Assembly (NCBI RefSeq): GCF_964204645.1
Contig: NC_134032.1
Span: forward strand, 1,240,001 to 1,304,000
DNA length: 64,000 nucleotides
Reading direction: 5' to 3'
DNA from: Tubulanus polymorphus
Taxonomy: Eukaryota > Animalia > Nemertea
The notes under the pieces were generated by a model. That model saw only the letters and a program-made list of their open reading frames with translations, searched no databases and had not been told where the DNA came from. Positions 27,601 through 37,719 of the stretch are shown here, in pieces. Within the stretch, counting starts at the first letter, position 1. Every line of letters begins with the position of its first letter. A program made the translations under genes and the position numbers.

Positions 27601-30600
27601 ACACTACCAGCAGGTGAGCCTCCTAAACTACTCCTGATAACACTACCAGCAGGTGAGCCTCCTAAACTACCCCCTAAAACACTACCAGCAGGTGAGCCTC
27701 CTAAACTACTCCTGATAACACTACCAGCAGGTGAGCCCCTAAACTACCCCCTAAAACACTACCAGCAGGTGAGCCTCCTAAACTACTCCTGATAACACTA
27801 CCAGCAGGTGAGCCCCTAAACTACCCCCTAAAACACTACCAGCAGGTGAGCCTCCTAAACTACTCCCTAAAACACTACCAGCAGGTGAGCCTCCTAAACT
27901 ACTCCTGATAACACTACCAGCAGGTGAGCCCCTAAACTACCCCCTAAAACACTACCAGCAGGTGAGCCTCCTAAACTACTCCTGATAACACTACCAGCAG
28001 GTGAGCCTCCTAAACTACCCCCTAAAACACTACCAGCAGGTGAGCCTCCTAAACTACTCCTGATAACACTACCAGCAGGTGAGCCCCTAAACTACCCCCT
28101 AAAACACTACCAGCAGGTGAGCCTCCTAAACTACCCCCTAAAACACTACCAGCAGGTGAGCCCCTAAACTACTCCTGATAACACTACCAGCAGGTGAGCC
28201 TCCTAAACTACCCCCTAAAACACTACCAGCAGGTGAGCCTCCTAAACTACTCCTGATAACACTACCAGCAGGTGAGCCCCTAAACTACCCCCTAAAACAC
28301 TACCAGCAGGTGAGCCTCCTAAACTACTCCTGATAACACTACCAGCAGGTGAGCCTCCTAAACTACTCCTGATAACACTACCAGCAGGTGAGCCTCCTAA
28401 ACTACTCCTGATAACACTACCAGCAGGTGAGCCTCCTAAACTACTCCTGATAACACTACCAGCAGGTGAGCCCCTAAACTACCCCCTAAAACACTACCAG
28501 CAGGTGAGCCCCTAAACTACCCCCTAAAACACTACCAGCAGGTGAGCCTCCTAAACTACTCCTGATAACACTACCAGCAGGTGAGCCTCCTAAACTACCC
28601 CCTAAAACACTACCAGCAGGTGAGCCTCTTTAACTACTCCCTAAAACACTACCAGCAGGTGAGCCTCCTAAACTACCCCCTAAAACACTACCAGCAGGTG
28701 AGCCTCCTAAACTACTCCTGATAACACTACCAGCAGGTGAGCCCCTAAACTACCCCCTAAAACACTACCAGCAGGTGAGCCTCCTAAACTACCCCCTAAA
28801 ACACTACCAGCAGGTGAGCCTCCTAAACTACTACTGATAACACTACCAGCAGGTGAGCCCCTAAACTACCCCCTAAAACACTACCAGCAGGTGAGCCTCT
28901 TTAACTACTCCCTAAAACACTACCAGCAGGTGAGCCTCCTAAACTACCCCCTAAAACACTACCAGCAGGTGAGCCTCCTAAACTACCCCCTAAAACACTA
29001 CCAGCAGGTGAGCCTCCTAAACTACCCCCTAAAACACTACCAGCAGGTGAGCCTCCTAAACTACCCCCTAAAACACTACCAGCAGGTGAGCCTCCTAAAC
29101 TACCCCCTAAAACACTACCAGCAGGTGAGCCTCCTAAACTACCCCCTAAAACACTACCAGCAGGTGAGCCTCCTAAACTACCCCCTAAAACACTACCAGC
29201 AGGTGAGCCTCCTTAACTACTCCTGATAACACTACCAGCAGGTGAGCCCCCTAAACTACTCCTGATAACACTACCAGCAAGTGAGCCTCCTAAACTACTC
29301 CTGATAACACTACCAGCAGGTGAGCCCCCTAAACTACCCTCAAAATACCACCAGCAGGTGAGCCTCCTAAACTACTCCTGATAACACTACCAGCAGGTGA
29401 GCCCCCTAAACTACCCTCAAAATACCACCAGCAGGTGAGCCTCCTAAACTACTCCTGATAACACTACCAGCCGGTGAGCCTCCTAAACTACTCCTGATAA
29501 CACTACCAGCAGGTGAGCCTCCTAAACTACCCTCAAAATACCACCAGCAGGTGAGCCTCCTAAACTACCCTCAAAATACCACCAGCAGGTGAGCCTCCTA
29601 AACTGCCCTCAAAATACCACCAGCAAGTGAGCCTCCTAAACTACCCTCAAAATACCACCAGCAGGTGAGCCTCCTAAACTACCCTCAAAATACCACCAGC
29701 AGGTGAGCCTCCTAAACTACCCTCAAAATAGCGAGAGAATCTCAAACCATTCGTGACCCCTTAGAAAATTCTTGCATTATGCGTAAAAACCTGCTGTGAC
29801 CTCGGTCTCTGCTGGTTCTAAGTCTAACTGTTCTGTACATGTAAAAAGTCAGTAAGTTCCCTGACAAAGACTTTGGCTTCAGTTTGATGAAAGTAACATC
29901 GTGTAAATACAACCTCGGTGATAGTGGAGAAAAAATAATCCTGTCCCGTTAGTGCGTGCTCGGTGCAGCGGCCCGGCTTGTACCCCATGTCTATATATCT
30001 GTAGCTAGCTCGCACTACAGAGGTTGGAAATGTATTACTAGCTTTTCGATCCCCCGATTGTTTAAGGGGATTCTACTTTATATTTTGGAAGATCCTCCGC
30101 GCGTATTGTAAGCATAAATTTCTATTTTACAGGTGCTAAATTAGTTCTTCCTGTCGGAGTAAATGAGTAAGTTAGTTTTTCGAATCCGATGGTTCCGGCA
30201 GTACTTAGAATTTCGAAATGATATCGCTTTGGAAATATTAGGGAATTCGATTGATTTTCCTTTAATACAGGAAAATTTTGGAAATTAATTTGACGCTTCA
30301 CATTTAACCGAGGCTAAATTCTTTCTTGGCATTCTTTCTTGAAGATCGCCTTTATCACCCAGTCACTATTAGAATAGCGACATCCACGCGGTTCGATGGT
30401 ATGTTGTTCACTTTTACGAAGACCTCATTTCCGTATGGGAAAATGAAAAAATCAACCCTGTTGAAATGCTGCAGAAAATGTTTAGGAATTTCGAAATCCT
30501 GTAACTGTGGGAACCATGAAACTCAAACAATCTCTATCTCCATCTTTGAATGCTTTACTATGTTTATTATGTTTGTTTCAGAGCTCGAGTTCACAGACGG

Positions 30601-33600
30601 TCTCCGAGTGGTGGAGATTTCGGTCAGTTTCTGGTTTACGTTTAATTCGCTTCCTCTAAAACCCTTAATTCACTAAGGATATTTGTATCGAAACTAATCA
30701 ACGTCTGAACTCACAAATAAATTATCTCACATTTAATTTTTGATGCTAACCGCCCTTTTAATACACACCTTCCCCTCCCTCTCATCCCCGCGCCCATCTA
30801 ATCACCATTCAATCGGTATGATTTATGATATTTCAGTAACTGCGTTTAGAAAGCACCACCCGATTAAACATAGTTTATCAGTTGGTGAGTGACGCATGAA
30901 TTACATTCAACAACATTAACACACCTCGAAAAACCGATGTTACAGTAAACCACGCTCAAATCGGATATTTGGGGAATGGAAGATTTTCTCTGACTTAGAG
31001 AACTTGCATTTTTTGAAAAAGTCGGATTTTCAAGTTTATGTAAAAAAATAAGGCTTAACCCTTTCAGTGCGTCTACACCGCAGTGCGGTGTATAAATCAG
31101 TGATGGATTTTGCTAGTACACTGCACTGCGGTGTATTGATGTAATAAGTAATAAGTAAATATCTCTCTTGAAAGATGGCAGCACCTGTCAAACATAGTGA
31201 AATACTAGTAACTAACGATACACCGCGCCGCGGTGTAGACGCACTATAGTGGTATTCCCGTTATTCAACACACTAGGGTGTAATTTTTTTAAATTTTCAA
31301 ATTATCTCTAGCACTATAGGGTATTAACTAGTCAGCACTGAAAGGGTTAAATCGGATATTTGGGGAATGGAAGATTTTCTCTGGCTTAGAAAACTCGCAA
31401 CTTTGAAAAAATCGGATTTTCAAGCTTATGTAAAAAGAAACTAAGGCTTTTAAAAAAAACTGAGCTCATTTTTTGTGCCGTGTATCGACTCATTATTAAC
31501 AAGAGTGGGTAAGAAATTTGAGACTTCGGGATAGAAATTTATTTGTAAAGGAGAAGAATACAATGGGAGCAAACGTTTTGAACGTCTATCCGAAATACTG
31601 CGATCCGACTCGCGCGTGGTTCACTGTACGATATTCAAACTGCATGAATCAAATCATCTTCAAACATCGTTCGTCGTTTGTTGCGGTCGAAATATTTTCT
31701 GAAAAAAAAATATACAATCGACACGAATTCATTCACGTCGCGATTTATTTTCGTTTCAGATAATCGTTTAAGCTTATCGAACGGACAGTCGAGATCGATG
31801 GATTGCTTGAACTCGTCGACTGATTCTAGCAGCACGGATTGTAAACCGACCCCGGCTCCGCGACAAAAGGTGAATAACGTTCTCGTTTAAACTTTCGAAT
31901 TCGCCGAGGTCTATTGATAATTTATGACGAAGCGTTGTTTTATGTTGCTCTATTCAGATATATCGATTGTCCTCATTTCTGCAGGTAGAATTCGTGTTTC
32001 AACGACGGCCCAACACAAACAAAAAACATTGAAATACAGTCAACTTAGGTTAATCCATCCTCCCCCCTCCAGTAAATAGTTTAAGTAACAACAGATTCAG
32101 GCCTGAGCCCCAGGAGCCAGTTGCACAGTCGAGACTTAAGTCCAAAAGTGGTCTTAAATCATAAGACCGGTCTTAAATTGCTAGATTGGCTGAAGAACTA
32201 AGTCGGCCCTAGAACTAAGCCATGACTATGCAACCAGCCCAAGGAGCCGGTTCCATTGTCGAGACTTAAGTCGAAAAATGATCTTAAATCTTAAGACTGG
32301 TCTTAAGTTGTTAGATTGGCTATAGAATAAGCTATAGTTAGATTGGCTATCGCACTGTCTCCGGTGATACGGATTAACCGAGGTTGATTGTACTTGAATC
32401 TTTTCAACGAATTATTTCTACTACAGATTTCAGTGTAACTGTGTTGGGCTCGGATTGTTAATAATTTTATCCGTTGTTGCTTCCGTTCGATGGAGCATGT
32501 TTGTACGACCAGTGCAGGATTACTGAGTCAATAGCTGTGATTACAAGGCCACGGTCAGTCAAACTAGCCCGGTCCAGACTTGAGTCATATTTGGTCCGTG
32601 CCGAATCAGAGAGAGCGTGTATTCACGCGTAAATCGATCGCTTGTTACTAAAGCGATATCGAAAATATGCCGCGGCAAGTGAGGAGACTCGCTCCCAGAA
32701 CAAGTTCGCGTTAACGCGGAATGGTTTGACCCTTGCTAAAATATGGCACGGGTCGAACTAACAGGCGCAGACTTGCATCAGTGTAAAGAGCTCAGCTGGC
32801 ACGGGGCCGAGATCGCTTTATGACCACGGCTAATGACTTTCAGTGATCTATAATTTAGGTTTCAGAGTTAGGATGAAACCCAGCCCTCAGTAATTGAGCC
32901 CCCTCCCCCCTCCCCACCACCAGCAGTGTTGTATCGACATTTCTGTATGTAATTGTGTGTTGTATATTTGTTTATCTTACAGTTTACCGATGATTATGAA
33001 ACTTTGTTTCACAGACCGAAACCTGTCTATTTCAAGGTTCTATAAACGAATATAATGCTTTCAATTCACTTTTTCCCTGTCACTGTTTGAGGCCTGCTGT
33101 TTACACACAATCATAGTTCTTACTCATTATTCAATCTCCAGGGCCGTACACCTAGCGTTTGAATTTTGGGAGGGCAGAAAAACCCGAAAAGGGCAGTTTT
33201 ATGGACTAACAATAATATTTGTACAAAAGGCAATTTTCAGAAATTTCTGGGGGTTACTGCCCCCTGGTAAATACGGCCCTGAATTCTCGGGATGTCTCGG
33301 ACTGGAGGGCTATTGTGTTCAGTTTTTACCCACCCATATCTCAGCAAACGAGTCTTATGCGGGGTATAACCCAAGGCATCCCCCCCCCCCCGATTAGGTT
33401 CAGCCCTTAGGCTGGGGGGGTGTCCTGCTTGAATGTATAGATCATGTACACTAATTATTTATGTTATTATGTATTACACATTTGAGAAAATATATTCATT
33501 CATTCGACTCCGATTTCAAGTCAGACATATTTTGCTAGATAGACGAGTAGTACTGTGATATTACTCTTTGATCAATTGTTAGATTGTCACGCATTTCACC

Positions 33601-35269
33601 AATCGGGCATGTTGGCCTCAGACCCGTAGTAAACTCATGATTCTGATGATTCAAAAGCTTTGATCCTCACAATTGAAATTTTCTGCTCTGATGGAATTCA
33701 CTGGTTTTTAATTCACCAAACTGTCCATCTCCCCCACCCCACCCACTGCTCCCCCACCGACACTGCCCTGTGTTTCTGGCTTCTGTTTCACTGTCGTAAG
33801 TTGTTGATTGATTATTTCCAGCCCCCACTCCACCTCACCCCCTAGGTCGACACCCCACTCCACCTCACCCCTAGGTCGACACCCCACTCTGCCACACCCC
33901 CCTAGGTCGACACCTTTCTCTTCACATGGTCTATGAACCTTTCTGTTGCTGCTATTGTATATATTTATATATCTCCTTTGAGCCATGGAACGAATAGTTG
34001 GAACCTGGGCGGAACGACACAGGAGCACATACTCCCAAATTTCATGCACCCTTTTGAAAAACATCAGCAATCTAAAGACTTGTAATGAGCATTGTTAGGC
34101 ATACAATATACATGTATAACAATACAGGTATTACAATGTATTACTGCACTACGTGGCTAGTTTCAATCTGAAGAATTTTTTGTTTCAAGATGTTTCTTCG
34201 AATTCACACGAGACAATACGTTGATATTGCGTTAAAACGCGCTGAAATTTCATCGTTGTGCTCCTGTCAATTCCGGCCCGTCGGTCCAACCTAAAAACAT
34301 CGGTTATAAACAACAGCGGAAAAATAGAGGTTTTAAATACTGCTATGTGATGATGCTATTATGATTTTGCGGTTCAAGAAGGGAAAGTAGGCCTACGTCT
34401 ATTTTTTTCTTTTGATTACCGTGTTTTTGTCGTATTCTCCGTGATGGCAGAAATCTTCTGCTAAAATGAATATTCTATCCTCTAAAAGTGCGATTAACCC
34501 TTTCAGTGTGTCTACACCGCAGTGCGGTGTATGAATCGGTGATGGATTTTGCATCGCAGTCAACTTCTCTTTAACTCTATCAGTGCGTCTACACCGCAGT
34601 GCGGTGTATGAATCGGTGATGGATTTTGCTAGTACACCGCACTGCGGTGTATTGGTGTAATTAGTTTTTATCTCTATTGAAAGATGGCAGCACGTGTCAA
34701 ACATAGTGAAATATTAGTAACTAACGATACACCGCACCGCGGTGTAGACGCACTATAGTGGTATTCCCGTTATTCAACACACTAGGGCGGAATTTCTCAA
34801 AGTTTTCAAATTATCTCCAGCACTAAAGGGTATTAATTAGTCAGCACTGAAAGGGTTAAGGCTGATAAATGATTAGTTCTAATTCAGCCTGTTGGTGTCT
34901 GTGCTCTATGAGTTCTCCTGTTTTCGACGTTTAAAGATGTTTTTCGTTTATCGTATTTTCAGAAACGTCTCGGTTCAACGACCGCGACGTCGTTGCCGCG
35001 GCGACGGTGTAAAGCGTTGTATCCGTGCATCGCCGGGTCGTCGGACGAGCTCTCGTTTCAAGAGGGAGAAATAATCAACGTCGTGAAAGCGGACGGTGAG
35101 GAGTGGTGGGTGAGTGTCTCGTGAGGAATCCGAGGGTTTACGGCGCGACGTGTGAAATGTCTTATTTATCTGTGTTTTATATTTGATATAGGAAGGTGAA
35201 GTTGAAGGTCATCCAGACAGACGCGGTCTATTTCCGGTCACATACGTGCATATACTCACCGATCTATGA
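6873..35269 (+). CDS. ASAP1: ASAP-family Arf GTPase-activating protein with BAR, PH, ArfGAP, ankyrin and SH3 domains (ASAP1/2-like); 5'-partial, spliced
   Basis: 26 GT-AG exons with consistent phases: 6873-6945, 7832-7918, 8050-8111, 8531-8655, 8743-8818, 9654-9707, 11855-11940, 12469-12628, 13944-14123, 14599-14698, 14991-15039, 16045-16220, 16729-16862, 17148-17236, 17343-17526, 18541-18635, 19150-19336, 20138-20263, 21155-21302, 21626-21853, 30133-30166, 30582-30622, 30837-30884, 31760-31869, 34963-35109, 35192-35269 (TGA). About 958 aa lie in the window. ASAP hallmark peptides: [109 protein letters not shown]. The N-terminal exon(s) were not found. The symbol denotes the family (ASAP1/2/3 co-orthologue). 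Confidence 0.95.
7212..7810. repeat. Intronic minisatellite of 13-18 bp units (TGTAACTATCA core)
   Basis: Direct tandem copies ending ~20 bp before the ASAP acceptor at 7832. Confidence 0.95.
8412..8528. repeat. (ATT/ATC/ACT)n microsatellite abutting a splice acceptor
   Basis: Trinucleotide run directly upstream of AG at 8529-8530. Confidence 0.95.
8951..8992 (-). ncRNA. Minimal type I hammerhead ribozyme motif (Penelope-like element type)
   Basis: Minus strand: cct-CTGATGA-T-GCGGTT tagtttg AACCTC-GAAA-CT-GTA-agg, followed by CAATAAA. Stem I is cct/agg, stem II has one mismatch, and the cleavage triplet is GUA. Confidence 0.5.
9104..9253. repeat. AT-rich foldback/palindrome with ~58-bp arms
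   Basis: AAAAGAATTTAAAAACAAGAATTTATTTATTCAATC.. is inverted after a ~30-nt loop; TTAA at both ends. Confidence 0.8.
9783..10295 (-). ncRNA. Tandem 69-bp units each carrying a minimal hammerhead-ribozyme motif (6 copies)
   Basis: Best copy (~10010-10053, minus): tattc-CTGAAGA-T-GACTAT taggat ATAGTC-GAAA-CG-TT-gaata, with a 5-bp stem I, a 6-bp stem II and a palindromic ACGT in place of stem III. Confidence 0.55.
10543..11322. repeat. 75-bp minisatellite, ~10 copies, containing TAACCCTAACCC, ATTGG and ATGCAAAT
   Basis: Direct tandem copies; these explain the 287-aa minus-strand ORF. Confidence 0.95.
11950..12323. repeat. G-rich minisatellite (~50 bp unit) flanked by a 20-bp duplication of the exon end/donor
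   Basis: Units GGGGTTGCAGGGAGTAGTGTGTTGTACTGGGCTCACAGGAGAGGGAGGA; GGCACAGTGCAAGTGAGTAA at 11929 and 12324. Confidence 0.9.
12672..13000. repeat. 22-bp minisatellite GTTAACTRCATGTAA(C/G)ATGRCG
   Basis: Tandem copies. Confidence 0.9.
13537..13827. mobile_element. piggyBac-type MITE (TTAA TSD, CCCTTTCAGTGC TIR), copy 1
   Basis: ttaa|CCCTTTCAGTGC...GCACTGAAAGGG|ttaa, ~290 bp. Confidence 0.88.
13944..16220 (+). CDS. ASAP PH-domain exons and start of ArfGAP
   Basis: [23 protein letters not shown]..; [21 protein letters not shown]; [26 protein letters not shown]; ..[15 protein letters not shown]. Confidence 0.93.
14170..14310. mobile_element. Harbinger-type MITE family H1 (GGGCCRGTT TIR)
   Basis: Homologous to 18014-18151, 32114-32345, 61319-61456, 61612-61894 and 62564-62650. 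Confidence 0.75.
15131..15508. mobile_element. PIF/Harbinger-type MITE, TAA TSD
   Basis: taa|AGCCGCGTTCACACTAG...CTAGTGTGAATGCAGCT|taa. Confidence 0.72.
15512..15799. mobile_element. piggyBac-type MITE, copy 2
   Basis: TTAA-flanked, same TIR; inserted at the TTAA formed by the preceding MITE end plus its TSD. Confidence 0.88.
15880..16024. repeat. 20-bp minisatellite GAAGGTTACGAGGAGGGGCT x7
   Basis: Tandem copies. Confidence 0.95.
16319..16769 (+). repeat. 46-bp tandem array of splice acceptor + ArfGAP exon start (10 copies)
   Basis: TATAG|ACCCTGAATGGATGTCCACTAATCTCGGTATACTATTATGT, with the AG at 16319, 16358, 16405, 16451, 16497, 16543, 16589, 16635, 16681 and 16727; the last copy continues into the exon. 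Confidence 0.93.
16729..17526 (+). CDS. ASAP ArfGAP-domain exons
   Basis: Completes the CxxC-x16-CxxC-x4-R zinc finger ([22 protein letters not shown]); [16 protein letters not shown]; [10 protein letters not shown]. Confidence 0.93.
16893..17125. repeat. 23-bp minisatellite GCTGTCATCTACTTCCGATTGTA
   Basis: About 10 tandem copies. Confidence 0.95.
17662..18244. mobile_element. Cluster of three Harbinger-type MITE families (H2, H3, nested H1) with CWG target duplications
   Basis: ctg|H2 17662-17790|ctg|H3 from 17794...; cag|H1 18014-18151|cag nested inside H3; H3 ends at 18244|ctg. Confidence 0.78.
18541..20263 (+). CDS. ASAP ankyrin-repeat exons
   Basis: [19 protein letters not shown]; [33 protein letters not shown]; [17 protein letters not shown]. 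Confidence 0.92.
18816..19103. mobile_element. piggyBac-type MITE, copy 3
   Basis: TTAA TSD and TIR. Confidence 0.88.
19430..19865. repeat. 56-bp minisatellite, ~8 copies
   Basis: GAAATATGAAAGATGTTACTGAGGGTCTTACTGTTGATTACTGATTAATTTGAACA. Confidence 0.95.
20255..20985 (+). repeat. Purine-rich minisatellite derived from exon end/donor (GATAGAGGG|GTAGGT)
   Basis: Units GATA(TA)GAGGGGG(G)CAGGT / GATAGAGGAGGGGGTAGGT begin at the donor at 20263/20264. Confidence 0.9.
21155..31869 (+). CDS. ASAP proline/serine-rich linker exons
   Basis: RSRPSS; [24 protein letters not shown]; small exons 30133-30166, 30582-30622, 30837-30884, 31760-31869 keep frame (KPTPAPRQK). Low sequence conservation, so the small exons rest on splice signals and phase. 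Confidence 0.75.
21820..29729 (+). repeat. ~7.9-kb satellite of 38/39-bp units = last 34 nt of exon + GTGAG donor (~200 copies)
   Basis: CCTCCTAAACTACCCCCTAAAACACTACCAGCAG|GTGAG; the first copy is the coding exon end. Confidence 0.97.
31059..31346. mobile_element. piggyBac-type MITE, copy 4 (opposite orientation)
   Basis: TTAA TSD and TIR; sits between ~95-bp direct repeats. Confidence 0.88.
32114..32345. mobile_element. Two adjacent H1 MITE copies (second truncated)
   Basis: GCCAGTTGCACAGTCGAGACTTAAGTCCAAAAGTGGTCTTAA.. occurs twice. Confidence 0.7.
34498..34855. mobile_element. piggyBac-type MITE, copy 5, with internal duplication
   Basis: TTAA TSD and TIR; the left ~50 bp is repeated internally. 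Confidence 0.85.
34963..35269 (+). CDS. ASAP C-terminal SH3 exons
   Basis: [36 protein letters not shown] | [25 protein letters not shown] (exons 34963-35109, 35192-35269). Confidence 0.93.
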
Positions 35270-35675
35270 TAGAGCATTCTTTCCTCCTCCTCTCTCTATC
35301 ATCCTCTTCTCTCCCTCTTTCTCTCTCCCCTCCTTCCTCTCTCCCATCTCCCCCTATTTCCTCTTTTTCTATCCCCTTTTCCTCTTTGTCTCCTCCTCTC
35401 TTATTCATCCCTCTTCTCTTCCTCTCCTATCAATCTGTGTCTAGTCAAAATCATAGCTACCGGTATTCGCAGCCTGAACGCACCAGAACGCTGCGTACTG
35501 GGTAGATTGTTCATCGAATTGAGAGAATTGCTCGGAAATTAGAAATTAATATTCTATGTTTGAAATCCGTGATGAATCGTAGAAATTTGAGCAATATTTT
35601 TTACGCTCATTGTGGCTTCTTTGTCTTATACTACTAGTCAATGGCAAAATAATGACATTCGATATAAATGCCTGG

Positions 35676-36310
35676 GCCTGGCCTATAACCTACCGGGTGT
35701 GGCCTATAACCTACTGGGTGTGGCCTGTAACCTACTGGGTGTGGCCTATAACCCACCGGGTATGACCTATGACCCACTGGTTAGTTAACATACCGGATGT
35801 GGCCTATAACCCACTGGGTGGTGTGACCTATAACCTACTGGGTGTGGCCTATAACCTACTGGGTGTGGCCTATAACCTACTAGGTGTGGCCTATAACCTA
35901 CTGGGTGTGGCCTATAACCTACCGGGTGTGACCTATAACCTACTGGGTGTGGCCTATAGCCTACCGGGTGTGACCTATAACCTACCGGGTGTGGCCTATA
36001 ACCTACTGGGTGTGGCCTATAACCTACTAGGTGTGGCCTATAACCTACCGGGTGTGACCTATAACCCACTGGGTGGTGTGACCTATAACCTACCGGGTGT
36101 GGCCTATAACCTACTGGGTGCGGCCTATAACCTACCGGATGTGGCCTATAGCCTACCGGGTGTGACCTATAACCCACTGGGTGGTGTGGCCTATAGCCTA
36201 CCGGGTGTGACCTATAACCCACTGGGTGGTGTGACCTATAACCTACCGGGTGTGGCCTATAACCTACTGGGTGCGGCCTATAACCTACCGGGTGGTGTGG
36301 CCTAAAACCT
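35676..36310. repeat. 21-24 bp minisatellite GTGTGGCCTATAACCTACYGG in probable ASAP 3'UTR
   Basis: Tandem copies downstream of the stop codon. Confidence 0.93.
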
Positions 36311-37719
36311 ACCGAGTTGTGAGCAGTTTGCTGTTTATTGTACGGATATACGTAATTTAAGGTAATCTTATATATTCTAAGAGAAATCATTGTTTCAGAC
36401 TTTACCGATATTGATATATCTGTAAAACATGTAACAGGATGTAGATATTAAACAGACGAAAGAAAATATATTTATTAAAGTGTAAGATTATTGTAATGAC
36501 TGTAAATAATTTCTAAATGGCCAAATCTTAATCATTTTAACCGTAGAAATGCTGGGCATTTTTAAAGAATTAAATGTTTGATGAATTATAGATGCATTTA
36601 TTATAAAGAATGTCCGTGTATTTTTAGTGAAATTATACACTATGTTAATCAATATTGGGGGGGGGGGGGGAGGGCGGGACCAAGACTAAGGGAAAATAAA
36701 CTACATGACCTAACGGGGTTTAAACTTGAATCGAGAACTAGGGTCTAGCTACGCAGTAGAACCTGCTTACGGTTATAACGTGGGACCGATGAAATGAATC
36801 CTGTGAAAAATCTGGATTACGTGTTCGATGGACCATGAGTAATATTCAGACAAGATCAGCATCGAGATTAATTAAATTGATCGGCGGGTTGACTGTAATA
36901 CAGTGGACTCCGCCCAGGTCGGATCCGATCAACTCGGAGATCACCCTTCGAACTCCGGGCCCGGTTTCATAGACCGAGTATCGAAGTTATCCCGAAGGGG
37001 TAAATCCTCAATCGGGGTGACAACCACCGTAGTAACAATGAGAAACCGTGGTTATAACTGACGAATTTCGAAATATTCCCAGGGACTATTTTTCTGCCAC
37101 ATCTATGAAACCCAGCCCTGAAGTTTTTTGAAATGTTGTTTGCGACAATATTTATGAAATGATGTATATAAAATCGAACTCAGATATCACTCAAGTCTCA
37201 TAAAATCTAACTTAAGCGGAGTCTACACAGTTACACTGTATGTACACAGTTGTACATGTACGTGTAAACCCATGGCTTTCTGATGTTCATGTTGTAACAC
37301 GGGGAATCAGGGTGTTGTTTGTTGCACCAAAGGGACGAGGGGGTTGTTTATTGGACGAGGGGATTATTTGTAACGAGGGGGTTGTTCGGGGACAGTTGTT
37401 TATTGTTAAAGAGATTGTTTTATGAATGTTTAATTATAATGAGTGTAAATACATGGTAAAATATAGCCGAGAATGTAACTCTCCGTAACAAACGTGTTCA
37501 GTTTCACTTGTGGTTTTCGATACCGATGCCATCATTCCTCTGCGCAGTCTACGGAAGTTAAATTAATGGTTGATAATTCCTCTTTTTGTTGTTTGTAAAA
37601 TTCGGTTAAATCATCGTTTGTTTACAAGTTACCACTTTTTTCCTTCGTTCCAATGAGATATCAAAAATGTTTGATCAATACTAAAATTGCTTGAAGCCAA
37701 GCAAACACTATGCAAATTT

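Noticed and set aside
21820-29729. CRISPR-like array or a long coding repeat
   Set aside because: No unique spacers, eukaryotic context and no cas genes. Frequent 38-nt units and stops prevent a long ORF (the 28891-29226 ORF is an artefact).
35769-36390. 178-aa and 201-aa repetitive ORFs
   Set aside because: Minisatellite downstream of the ASAP stop codon.
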